This document shows positions 27,153 to 36,819 of a DNA stretch of 64,000 nucleotides, one piece after another. Below the pieces are notes generated by a model that saw only the letters and a program-made list of their open reading frames with translations, searched no databases and was not told where the DNA came from. The number at the start of each line of letters is the position of its first letter. Within the stretch, counting starts at the first letter, position 1. The stretch covers positions 11,090-75,089 of the forward strand of contig JAZRJB010000045.1 in NCBI GenBank assembly GCA_045645565.1, written 5' to 3'. Origin of the DNA: Akkermansia sp. (lineage in GTDB: Bacteria > Verrucomicrobiota > Verrucomicrobiia > Verrucomicrobiales > Akkermansiaceae). Both the position numbers and the translations under genes were made by a program.

Positions 27153-30100
27153 ATGAAATTCAGACACACTCGTTCCTCCTTCTCCTCTCCCCGTAAAGCT
27201 CAGAAAAAAGGGTTCGCACTGATTGCTACTCTTACGCTTATGATGCTGCTGGCAATGCTGGCGGTGGCTATCATGGCAACTGCGGCTTCTCAGAATCGAA
27301 TTGCCTTGCAGACCATGTTGCAGGCAGAAGCGCGTCAGCAGGCACTTGTCGGTCTCGATGCCGCCATTGGTGAGCTTCAGGTGGAACTCGGTCCGGACCG
27401 TCGCGTGACGGCATCATCGGGTGTGATTGATGAAAATGAGGGCAGTGTTGCACAGCACCTTCTGGGTGTCTGGAACAGCTGGGATGGTCCTATCTACGGC
27501 AAGAGCCTTTCCGGTCTGGGTGGCAAGATTAACCAGACGTACAGCAAGGGCCGTTCGGAAATGTTCCGCCGCTGGATGATTTCCAGCCGCGACCGCAACA
27601 TGACCCGCACCATGCGTGCTGCTAACCAGCTTTGCTCCCGCGACCCCGGCCGCCGTATCTGCATGGTGGGTGAGGGTACTCTTGGTAAGTCTCTTTCTGC
27701 TCAGCATTATGTGTATGCTGATTTGCTCAGCATGCCTGCCACCGGTAAGAATGAAGCCTGCTTTGCCTGGTGGGTCGGTGGCGAAAACCAGAAAGCCAAG
27801 GTATCTGTTCAGAACCGCAAGGCTACGGACGATGTCTACGAAATGCTGCATCGTACGTGGGATACTCCGGCTCCCAGCTTTGTAGACAACCGTGATCTGG
27901 ACTTCCTGCCTTCTGAAATTGAGGACCCTGCACGCCTTGTGACCCTCGGCTCACTTCCGCTGATTGGCTCTTCCTCTCAGGCTGCCGGCATGCCTTATTT
28001 CTTTGATGTGACGACCACCTCCTACACATTGCCCATCAACGTGAGCATGGGTGGCTTGAAGCAGGACCTCTGCCTGCTGCTTAATAAGAAAAATCTGAAA
28101 GAGACTGATTTTGCTGCCCGTAGCAATCAGGATTGCCCGCTGGTCGAGAATCAGGACCTCCCCCGTGGTACTGAGGCTGATATGCCCATTGGCTCCTGGC
28201 AGAATCTGCATGCCTATTATAACTGCTGGCCGGATGGTACGGCAAAGGACACTAAGAACTTCACATCCCGTCTGCTCGGCACGCTCGACAGAACGTACAC
28301 GCGTCTGAGTGGCTCTGCCTTTGATTCTCAGTTGACATATAAGGACGACCCTGATGCCATGCAGGGTGGCTCGGACGGGCAGACGTTCTACGATACGCGT
28401 TCTATGCTGGAGGATGGCAGTGATTCTGCCGGTTATGCTCGTACTCCGGTCATGCTGGCGTTCATGTCTAACTTCGGTCTTGTGAGTGCCGCGAATGAGG
28501 ACGCCTCCCGCTACAACATGACCGTTTGCTTTGCTCCCATGTTCCTTTGGTGGAACCCCTATAATGTTCCCATGAAAATCCGGGGACGCCAGCTCTGGGC
28601 TCAGTCTCTGCCGTATAAGACAACCTGGATTGATACCTACTGCGTGACCGAAGCCGGTACGTTCAATTATGCCTGGCGTAATTATCTCATGCAGCAGTCG
28701 CGCTATGGTAATGACTATGGCGATTATTTCCAGCCGTCTGAATCCGGAGCTGAGGAGGATATTGTTTTTGCTCCGGGTGAAATCCTGTTCTTCTCACCCA
28801 GTAAGGCTCGTACGAACGCCGCTGGTTCCGCTCCCTATTCCAATCCCTGGGTACTTGGTTATAACCCGAGTGCTGTTGCAGGAACGAAGGCTGTGTTCTA
28901 CACTAATAAGCTGGCTCAGGAAGTAGAAGAGGGTAAATATCTTGTGAAACTGCGCCTGGGTCAGGGTCAGCCTGATAGCGGTGGTACAGACGGTAAGTGG
29001 TTTGCCCCGAAGCACGCTGAGTGTCTGACCGTTTTTGCTGGTTACAATGGTTGCGGCTCGGCTGATGGCGGCAACACGGCTAATAACAAGCGCGCCATTT
29101 CTCCGCAGCGTTATCTGCTGGGCTGGTATGATCCCACGTCTGTGCAGGAATATGAGACTATGTTCTGCGAAGATAAGTGGCTGCCTGGTGAGATTCAGAA
29201 TGACCCGGATTTGCCTTATTACATCGGCGCTGTGGGTGTTGTGCCTAAGTCTGCCGCTTCTGGCGCTCATTCCGTCATCTTCCCGGGTGACTATCGTGCC
29301 AAAATCTGGCAGCACTCCAGCCCGGCTTTCTGGGGTAGTGCGTTGACTTCTCCTGACCAGCAGATGCGCAAGTATCACCCGTATCAGCTTGCCGCGCTGC
29401 GCGTCAGTGCCGGTATGGACAGCTCTCCCATGGATAACCTTGGTCGCAATGGTATTCTGGGTATCACCAGTGATGGTGAGCAGGTTTCCTTCGCCTCTGT
29501 GCTTGAACTGCCGGTTCATCCTCCGTTCTCGCTGGCCGGTTTTGCTGGTATGCGTCTGCAGCCGGGTTGGTATAAGTCCAATGCATCTGGCGATTATGTG
29601 ACCCAGGGTGCGCTGCGCCGTATGCAGTACCAGGCCGGTGTTCCAGGCGTGGGTATCGGTAATTCCTTCGCCGACCCCTGTCTGCCGGCTGAGGATGTGT
29701 ATACCTATTTCCAGACGAATATGGAGACGCCTGATTTCGCCTCCAATTCCAAGGTGTTTAGTGATTTCTATGACCACGGGTTGCTGATTAACGATGCCAT
29801 GTGGGATCGTTGGTTCTGCTCCTCTGTGTCCGATATGCCGGACCGTAAGGGTGGAAAGATTGAAGCTAAGGATGTTCTGACGAAGTTTATCAAGGGAACG
29901 GACGAGCTTCCTGTGTCCCGTTATAAGCGTGTCAATACACCTTATAATGATGACCAGGTCATCAAGCGTATCATGGAGGGAGACGGCTGGAAATACATCG
30001 CTCAGTACCTCATGATTGATGGTGGTTTCAATGTGAATTCCATTTCCGTGGAAGCTTGGGCTGCCGTGCTGCAGGGTCTGGCCAAACGTAAGCTTGTTGC

Positions 30101-30845
30101 TGGTGTGGAGAATAAGCTGTCGGAGGTGGAAGATGGCAAGCGCGATAATCAGGTTGTCTTCTCCCGATTCATGTTGTCCACTACTGATAAGAGTGTGGAT
30201 TCCCAGGGTGGTTACAGCATGCTTCAGGGTTCTCCCAATTTCCGTAATAGCGGCATTGCCTCCGCCTGGGGTGAGGTCCGTATGCTCGAGGCTGAGTCCA
30301 TCCGTAAGCTTGCGGAGGAAATGGTAAAGCAGGTGCGTAAGCGTGGTCCTTTCCTGAGCATGTCTGACTTCATCAACCGCCGCCTTGAAAAGGGTGAGCA
30401 TGGTTTGAAGGGGGCGTTGCAGGCTGCTATTGATGCTACCGATATTAACCGCGATTTTAACGAGATTGAGGTGCCTAAAGCATCTGGTGAACTCTTCAAG
30501 AACCAGGATGCAAGTATGGGGTCTTTGCACACAGCTGCTCCCGGTTATCTGATTCAGAGCGACGTGCTGGCTTCTCTTGGCAATATCCTGACTGTGCGTG
30601 ATGATACGTTCACCATCCGTTCTTATGGTTGCGTGCGCAATCCCAATAAGGCCATTCTTGCACAGGCCTGGTGCGAGGCTATTGTGCAGCGTACCATGGA
30701 TTATGTCGACCCCACCAATGCTCCGTCCGATGTAGAGTATAATCCGGATGGTACCCGTGGTAAGGGCCTCAGTAAGACCAATCAGGTCATGGGGCGCCAG
30801 TTCCGGATTGTCTCCTTCAAGTGGCTCGATAATTGGGATATTTAA
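27153..30845 (+). CDS. Large PilX/Verru_Chthon cassette protein A-like pseudopilin
   Basis: Class III (prepilin) signal KKG/FALIATLTLMMLLAMLAVAIM; C-terminal GPFLSMSDFINRR, GALQAAID, TVRDDTFTIRSYG, AWCEAIVQR, GRQFRIVSFKWL. Confidence 0.75.
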   Translation: MKFRHTRSSFSSPRKAQKKGFALIATLTLMMLLAMLAVAIMATAASQNRIALQTMLQAEARQQALVGLDAAIGELQVELGPDRRVTASSGVIDENEGSVAQHLLGVWNSWDGPIYGKSLSGLGGKINQTYSKGRSEMFRRWMISSRDRNMTRTMRAANQLCSRDPGRRICMVGEGTLGKSLSAQHYVYADLLSMPATGKNEACFAWWVGGENQKAKVSVQNRKATDDVYEMLHRTWDTPAPSFVDNRDLDFLPSEIEDPARLVTLGSLPLIGSSSQAAGMPYFFDVTTTSYTLPINVSMGGLKQDLCLLLNKKNLKETDFAARSNQDCPLVENQDLPRGTEADMPIGSWQNLHAYYNCWPDGTAKDTKNFTSRLLGTLDRTYTRLSGSAFDSQLTYKDDPDAMQGGSDGQTFYDTRSMLEDGSDSAGYARTPVMLAFMSNFGLVSAANEDASRYNMTVCFAPMFLWWNPYNVPMKIRGRQLWAQSLPYKTTWIDTYCVTEAGTFNYAWRNYLMQQSRYGNDYGDYFQPSESGAEEDIVFAPGEILFFSPSKARTNAAGSAPYSNPWVLGYNPSAVAGTKAVFYTNKLAQEVEEGKYLVKLRLGQGQPDSGGTDGKWFAPKHAECLTVFAGYNGCGSADGGNTANNKRAISPQRYLLGWYDPTSVQEYETMFCEDKWLPGEIQNDPDLPYYIGAVGVVPKSAASGAHSVIFPGDYRAKIWQHSSPAFWGSALTSPDQQMRKYHPYQLAALRVSAGMDSSPMDNLGRNGILGITSDGEQVSFASVLELPVHPPFSLAGFAGMRLQPGWYKSNASGDYVTQGALRRMQYQAGVPGVGIGNSFADPCLPAEDVYTYFQTNMETPDFASNSKVFSDFYDHGLLINDAMWDRWFCSSVSDMPDRKGGKIEAKDVLTKFIKGTDELPVSRYKRVNTPYNDDQVIKRIMEGDGWKYIAQYLMIDGGFNVNSISVEAWAAVLQGLAKRKLVAGVENKLSEVEDGKRDNQVVFSRFMLSTTDKSVDSQGGYSMLQGSPNFRNSGIASAWGEVRMLEAESIRKLAEEMVKQVRKRGPFLSMSDFINRRLEKGEHGLKGALQAAIDATDINRDFNEIEVPKASGELFKNQDASMGSLHTAAPGYLIQSDVLASLGNILTVRDDTFTIRSYGCVRNPNKAILAQAWCEAIVQRTMDYVDPTNAPSDVEYNPDGTRGKGLSKTNQVMGRQFRIVSFKWLDNWDI

Positions 30846-30866
30846 CGGGTGTCATGCTACCTTTTC

Positions 30867-30904
30867 AACGTGCGCGTTTCAAGCTGAAACGCGCATGTTT
30901 TCTG
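30867..30904 (+). terminator. Terminator-like hairpin
   Basis: AACGTGCGCGTTTC / GAAACGCGCATGTT followed by TTCT. Confidence 0.6.
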
Positions 30905-30930
30905 TTATCTTAACAGGTGGGTCAAACAAC

Positions 30931-30958
30931 TTGCAGTATCATGCATCTGTGCTAAAGT
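30931..30958 (+). promoter_or_regulatory. Sigma70-type promoter of the autotransporter (leaderless)
   Basis: TTGCAG-16nt-TAAAGT with a TGn extension, 7 nt before ATG 30966. Confidence 0.5.
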
Positions 30959-30965
30959 GCAGGGT

Positions 30966-33900
30966 ATGAAATTTCACTTACCCCTTGTCCTTCGCGCTGC
31001 GCTTCTGGCGGCTGTTTCGTTGTCTCCGCTCTACGCCGTACTGACCTGGAGTTCAGGAAATTGGAATTATACGGATAGTGCCTGGCTTGAGAACGGGGAA
31101 AATCAGGTGTTTAGTCAAGGTGATGATGTCCAATTCACATCATCGAGTACTCAAAAGACGGTGGGAATAACGGAAGACGTGAGCCCGGGGTTGATTTCGG
31201 TTACCGCTGCTGGGTATGAGTTTTCTGGGACAGGTTCAATCATCGGCAGTGCTTCACTGGAGGTGCAGTCCGGTGCAAGTCTGCTGATTGAAAATGTGAA
31301 TGCGTATACAGGAGGAACGACCGTGGCAGAAGGTGCAACATTGACATTGGGAACACCCGGAAGCATCGGCGGAGCGTCAACCTTGGGCACATTGACCGGA
31401 GCTGGGCAGGTGCATGTTACTTTCACCGATGATTCAGTCAAGTCGTCGATTCAGGGGGAGAGTTGGAATGAATTTACTGGAAATCTCTATGTAGCGAAAG
31501 GAACAATAGGATTGGGGCAATCTCCTGACCACAGTGGTCCTGGCAGGTATGCAAGCATGAATGCACGAACCGTATCCGTGGGTGAGCAAGGGCGTTTTAT
31601 TATCTCGTATGGCGGAGGAAGGGCATCGGTTGATACCGGAAATACCTTCACCCCGGATGTGAGAACAACGTCCGGGGCAACGCTCGGCAACAGGGATGGA
31701 TACATTAACTGGAAGGGGCGAGTATTCCTCAATATGGCAGATGTCACTTCTGGGCGTGTTCAGTACAATGAAAGCGGAACGACTGTTCTGGAACTATATT
31801 ATGGAAAGTATGTCGTATGGGATGGCGAAGTGCAGGGGGCAGGCAATCTTCAGTTGACAGCTGTCGTATCAGATACCGGAACAGACCATCGGCTGGTGCT
31901 GACTAACCCTGATAATACATTTACAGGTACCTATCAGGTCGTAGGTTCCCATCTGTCCACACTAGGGCTTGCCAGTTTATCATCTGCATCACAGTCAGGA
32001 GTGGAACTTCAATCGGCCCAGTCCCGGCTGGTGTTAATGGGGACAAGCGCATCCATAAACGCCTTGAATGGCAGCCTGGGCATTGTGCAGGCTGAGGGAA
32101 ATGCCGGGGTTGTGCTGACGGTGTCGGAGGGCAATTACAGTGGAATCATACGGGATGCCGCCGTGGCAACAAGCGGGCTGTCATTAGGGTTAACAAAATC
32201 CGGCACTGGAACGCTACTGCTGAACGGAGCTCAATGCAGTTATACCGGTGCCACCACCGTGAATGGAGGCGTGCTTCAATTCAGTGGTGATACTGTTTTG
32301 GGATCAATCAGCATGGGAGATTCAGCCACGATGCGGATAGACGGCAATTTGTCATTACGAACCGGAGCAGTTCTTTCGTTTAACCTGGAGAACATGAGCG
32401 GGTCGCCTATTGAAGCAGGTGGTGGCTTTTCTCTGTCAGATGCTGTGTGCCGGGTGAATCTCAGTGGATACGAAAATCTGGCAGCCGGAGAATATCCGCT
32501 GGTAAGCTGGGTATCTGATTCATCTGTGACCACCAGGCAGTTTTCTGCTGTGGGATTGAATGCAACGGCGGAGCTTCTTTACAGCGTGAGTGTAGACTCA
32601 AATGCGTTGCATCTTCTGGTGAGCCGACTGGATGAACAACCCTGGCTGTGGGATGGCGGCTCAGCTACCTGGAGCGATGACTCTTCCTCTCAGTGGCAAA
32701 ATGCGGCAAGTGGAACTCCTGCCGGGCAGGAGGTAACATTCAGTGTGTTGAATGATGGAACGATTACCATTGACCGGGTGACTCCAGCATCAATCAACGT
32801 AGCAGGCGGGCAATACACGTTCATCCCGGCATCTTCCAGTTCCGCTGGTATTGTAAGCTCGGGAAACCTCATTGTGAGTGGAGATGGTACACTGCTGAAT
32901 CTGAGCCTGAGTAATAACGACTTTTCGGGGCAGGTCTATTTACAGGGCGGCGTGCTGGAAATCGGCGCTGCCGGGGCACTGGGGAGTTCCAGCCTGTATT
33001 TCAACGGCGGTGGAATCCGGTATGCCAGCGGTATGATTCAGGATATCAGCGGACAAATCAGCCCGGATTCCACAGCTGCTATCCAGGTGGATACCGGCGG
33101 GAATGCCGTCACCTGGAATTCCGAAACCGGAGTCAGGCAAGCCTTGGTCAGCGGCGTGTCAAAACTGGGGAATGGTCAATTGATGCTGGAGTGGAATGGT
33201 AGTAACGAGACCTTCTCCGGCGCCTTGAGCGTGCAGTCCGGTACCCTTGCACTCAACAAGGCTAGTGGTAATGCAACATTGACTGGCTCCTTTACTGGAA
33301 TTGGAGTCCTGCAGTTGAGCAGTACCACTGGTCAGCTGACGGTCAGGGGGGATAATGCTGCATTCTCCGGGGTACTCGATTTGCTGGGTGATGGATTACC
33401 CAATACCGGCAGTATCTCATTTTCCGGTGGTGCTGCCATGGGCGGTAGCAGTACACTTGTGCGGGCTCGCGGTCAGCGATTCTGGTTTGCATCCAGTACA
33501 AGCACAAACGCCAGTCTTGAGGTGGTGGACGGCTATACCACCTATATGGACGGCAGTACCGGTGCAGCGTATACCTTTGCCGGTGACCTGAGCGGAGGTG
33601 GCGAACTCATTGTCAAGCCTTCATGCTCCATTACCATGGAGGGCGATATCACTCAATTCACCGGACGCCTTGTACACCCGGGAAAAGCCAATTCAACCTG
33701 GCAATTCGGCGGTGAGGATGCGCAGGGTGGCGGGGTCATAGATGCAGAATTCAATGGCACTGGTTCTGGTATTACTTATGCCTTCTGGTACGCAGATAAT
33801 ACAATATTGAGCGGCGGCGTCACGGGCGTAGCATCGTTGCGGCAGCGTGGCAGCGGCGTCCTTGTACTCACCGGCGGGAATACTACCACTGGTCAGTTGC

Positions 33901-36806
33901 AAATCGATGCAGGATGTGAGGTGCAACTCGGGTCAGGAACCACGTCTGGCGGCTGGTCTGGCGATTCTCTGAACGGCGGAGGATTGTTGACTCTGGTCAA
34001 CGGTAGCCTGGCCACACCGTTTGTTTCCATTTCAGGCAGCATCAAGGCAGACGTGGCTGCTGCCGCCAGGGTTGATCTGGCCGGTATGAGTGGTAATGAG
34101 CTGGAATCCATCAGCATTGCAGCCAGTGGTCAGCTCACAGGCGTGGGCGGCGATTTGAATATTGGCTCTGCCGGGGCGGTCGCGTCTCTGCAACTCATCC
34201 CCGGAGTCGCCAATGTGGGGGCTGCCCCTGTCTTGCAAGCAGGGGAACAGAACATGATTGAGCAGAACGGTGGTAATCTGCTGGTTTTCGATAACACGGC
34301 GGTTACGCTGGATATGGAAACAATCAAGTCGATCCTCCAGAACCAGCGGCAGGCTGTGTACTTACATATAACCAATGGCAATATCGAATTGAAGAATGGC
34401 ATCAGCGCCAATGATTTGTTTGCCAACAGTGCAACAAAGCCAGCCGCGCTGGGGCTGGTTGTACTTGGTGTGGACCGTGGTAATATCGTATTGGAGGGCG
34501 AGGTGAGGGATGTGTATATGGTTACGGAGAATGGAGATTACCCGACAGTGACCACATATACGCGCCTTCAGGATTATAAAGCAACTTATGTGGATGCTGG
34601 TTATACCCTTTCCCTGGAATTAGCGGGCGATAACACCCAGGAAGCCTGGGTTAATAATCTGCTGGGTAGCGGAGATTTCAGCTGTGTCAACACTGAGCAG
34701 GAATCAGGCATTGTCCGGGTGGTATTGAATAACGAAATCCTTGGAGATGTAGACAGTGCCTTATCATCCGACCAGAATGCCCAGATCAATTCTGCGGATA
34801 CAGAGTTTCTGGGGAATGTAACGGCAGGGTTAGGTGTTCAATTGGTTAAGTCCGGAACGGGGACCTTGACCCTGGGTGGCAAATTGCAAGCGGATTGGTT
34901 TGAAGTGGACGAAGGAACCGTGCAGCTGCAAGGAATCGGGAATCAGGTGAACACCTTGCACGGAGGCGCTCAGCTTAATCTTGCACAGAAGGCAACCCTG
35001 GTCATCCAGGGGGATTCTCTTGGATTCAGCGGCAGCATTCAGGGCGATGGTACCTTGATTCTTGACGGAAGCCTGGCGGCAGCTGGCAGTGTGGGGGCAC
35101 TGAGCGGCTCAGGAATTCTGCATGCCGCATCGTCTGTCTTTACCGTGCGCAATGCGCGTAACGCTACGTTCTCGGGCAATCTCATGCCCGGGACGGGAGC
35201 CGCCACGCTTCTGATACTGAAGGGCCCGGGAAGCTTTGAACTGCGTCAAGTTCAAGCCTCTTCCGCCTGGTCTTGTGAGAATCAGGGTTCTCTCCTGTTG
35301 CAACTCTCAACATTGCAGAACAACACAACACTGACCTTGAATTCACTGGTGTTGCTTGCCGGGTCAGATACCACGCTTGTGCTTGATACAGATAAGAATA
35401 TGCAGGTTTTGAATCTGGGCAGTCTGCAAATAGATGATGCCGCAACCCTCATTCTGCAGTCCACAGGAAAGCTGCTTCTTGAACTATCGGCGGACGGAAC
35501 GGCAGATTTAGGCTCGGCTCAGGAGGCGGATTTGGGGCGTGACCAGAAATCGCCAGTGGCATTGAAGGGGGATACTCCATTCAAGGATATTCATGAGGCG
35601 TGGCTGACCGTCGAACAAGGTCGCATTCTGCTCCATGCCGTGAGACCAGAGCAGAATGCCTACCTCAATCTCGCGCTTTCCGCCAATGCCCGCACCGGCG
35701 CTGAGCTGCTCTGGCAGTTGCCGAACTCATTCATGAGAGAATCACCTGATTTAAGGACAGTAACGGAGACGCTCAATGCCATGCTTGCATCCGGTGATAC
35801 CGCAGAGGCAAACCAACTGCTGGCGGCAGTGGCAGGTGCCGGCACCGCGGCGTTGAGCAGCGCCGTGATGGGCGACGTGGAGCGCCAGCTGCTTTCGATT
35901 CGTAACAGAACAACCTGCATGGGGGTAGATGTCAATAATGTTGCGGATGACTTGCCGCTGGTCAATGCCTGGGTGAATGCAGAGGGAGATTTCGTTAAGC
36001 TCGATTCCCAGGGAACGGCTTCCGGGTATAGTCTGAATAGTTGGGGTGGCACCATTGGCATGGATGTTGATATCACTCCGCACCTGACGGCAGGGATGGC
36101 GTTTTCTGCCATGTACGGTCATTATCAGGGCAAGAGTGCGGACCATCTGCGAGGTGATGTGAATACTTACTACCTGAGCCTGCTGGCACGTTATGCAAAG
36201 AATCGGTGGACTCAGACCCTGGTCGGGACTCTGGGAATTGCGGATGCAAAGTTGAACCGGCAGGTGCATGTTGCAGACTCCACCTACCGCACCAGAGGAA
36301 ACCCGGATGGCATGGGAATCGGAATCCTTTATGAAGTAGGATATATCATCCCGTTAGGCGAATCGAATCAGGCCTGTATTCAGCCGCTTGCCAATGTGAG
36401 TTACCGGTATGCAGAGCTGGGTGCATACGCTGAAAAGGGGAGCGATGCTGCACTGCACCTGGGAAAACAGAATATGAGTGTCTGCACCTTCGGGCTTGGT
36501 GTGCGCGGCCAGACTTATGCTTTGGAGAATATCTATAACCGCACCTGTCTGCTGGAAGCAAGGGCGTTGCTGAAACTGGACGCCGGTGACCGACGCAGTT
36601 CCTGCACGGCGTCGCTTGAGGCGGAACGCACCCGCTCCGGGAAAATCCGCTCAGCCCGCAGTGGGTGGGCTGGCATGGAAATCGGTGCCGGGCTCACGGT
36701 TCCAATCGGAGTGGATGCCGGCAACCTTTTCATGGATGCAGGATTTGAGTTTCGAGAAAACGTTGCCGAACTCAACGCCGTGGTGGGGTACCGGGTGAAT
36801 TTCTGA
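30966..36806 (+). CDS. Type V autotransporter with passenger-associated beta-strand repeats
   Basis: Leader MKFHLPLVLRAALLAA; repeats NAYTGGTTV, LTKSGTGTLLL..YTGATTVNGGVL, LVKSGTGTLTL; beta-barrel from AWVNAEG to terminal GYRVNF. Confidence 0.93.
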   Translation: MKFHLPLVLRAALLAAVSLSPLYAVLTWSSGNWNYTDSAWLENGENQVFSQGDDVQFTSSSTQKTVGITEDVSPGLISVTAAGYEFSGTGSIIGSASLEVQSGASLLIENVNAYTGGTTVAEGATLTLGTPGSIGGASTLGTLTGAGQVHVTFTDDSVKSSIQGESWNEFTGNLYVAKGTIGLGQSPDHSGPGRYASMNARTVSVGEQGRFIISYGGGRASVDTGNTFTPDVRTTSGATLGNRDGYINWKGRVFLNMADVTSGRVQYNESGTTVLELYYGKYVVWDGEVQGAGNLQLTAVVSDTGTDHRLVLTNPDNTFTGTYQVVGSHLSTLGLASLSSASQSGVELQSAQSRLVLMGTSASINALNGSLGIVQAEGNAGVVLTVSEGNYSGIIRDAAVATSGLSLGLTKSGTGTLLLNGAQCSYTGATTVNGGVLQFSGDTVLGSISMGDSATMRIDGNLSLRTGAVLSFNLENMSGSPIEAGGGFSLSDAVCRVNLSGYENLAAGEYPLVSWVSDSSVTTRQFSAVGLNATAELLYSVSVDSNALHLLVSRLDEQPWLWDGGSATWSDDSSSQWQNAASGTPAGQEVTFSVLNDGTITIDRVTPASINVAGGQYTFIPASSSSAGIVSSGNLIVSGDGTLLNLSLSNNDFSGQVYLQGGVLEIGAAGALGSSSLYFNGGGIRYASGMIQDISGQISPDSTAAIQVDTGGNAVTWNSETGVRQALVSGVSKLGNGQLMLEWNGSNETFSGALSVQSGTLALNKASGNATLTGSFTGIGVLQLSSTTGQLTVRGDNAAFSGVLDLLGDGLPNTGSISFSGGAAMGGSSTLVRARGQRFWFASSTSTNASLEVVDGYTTYMDGSTGAAYTFAGDLSGGGELIVKPSCSITMEGDITQFTGRLVHPGKANSTWQFGGEDAQGGGVIDAEFNGTGSGITYAFWYADNTILSGGVTGVASLRQRGSGVLVLTGGNTTTGQLQIDAGCEVQLGSGTTSGGWSGDSLNGGGLLTLVNGSLATPFVSISGSIKADVAAAARVDLAGMSGNELESISIAASGQLTGVGGDLNIGSAGAVASLQLIPGVANVGAAPVLQAGEQNMIEQNGGNLLVFDNTAVTLDMETIKSILQNQRQAVYLHITNGNIELKNGISANDLFANSATKPAALGLVVLGVDRGNIVLEGEVRDVYMVTENGDYPTVTTYTRLQDYKATYVDAGYTLSLELAGDNTQEAWVNNLLGSGDFSCVNTEQESGIVRVVLNNEILGDVDSALSSDQNAQINSADTEFLGNVTAGLGVQLVKSGTGTLTLGGKLQADWFEVDEGTVQLQGIGNQVNTLHGGAQLNLAQKATLVIQGDSLGFSGSIQGDGTLILDGSLAAAGSVGALSGSGILHAASSVFTVRNARNATFSGNLMPGTGAATLLILKGPGSFELRQVQASSAWSCENQGSLLLQLSTLQNNTTLTLNSLVLLAGSDTTLVLDTDKNMQVLNLGSLQIDDAATLILQSTGKLLLELSADGTADLGSAQEADLGRDQKSPVALKGDTPFKDIHEAWLTVEQGRILLHAVRPEQNAYLNLALSANARTGAELLWQLPNSFMRESPDLRTVTETLNAMLASGDTAEANQLLAAVAGAGTAALSSAVMGDVERQLLSIRNRTTCMGVDVNNVADDLPLVNAWVNAEGDFVKLDSQGTASGYSLNSWGGTIGMDVDITPHLTAGMAFSAMYGHYQGKSADHLRGDVNTYYLSLLARYAKNRWTQTLVGTLGIADAKLNRQVHVADSTYRTRGNPDGMGIGILYEVGYIIPLGESNQACIQPLANVSYRYAELGAYAEKGSDAALHLGKQNMSVCTFGLGVRGQTYALENIYNRTCLLEARALLKLDAGDRRSSCTASLEAERTRSGKIRSARSGWAGMEIGAGLTVPIGVDAGNLFMDAGFEFRENVAELNAVVGYRVNF

Positions 36807-36819
36807 TGAGTGCGTGGAA

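Noticed and set aside
28794-30530. 578-aa antisense ORF within the pseudopilin gene (likewise 7132..8349, 20671..21591 and others)
   Set aside because: Same shadow-frame effect; no independent promoter or protein motifs seen.
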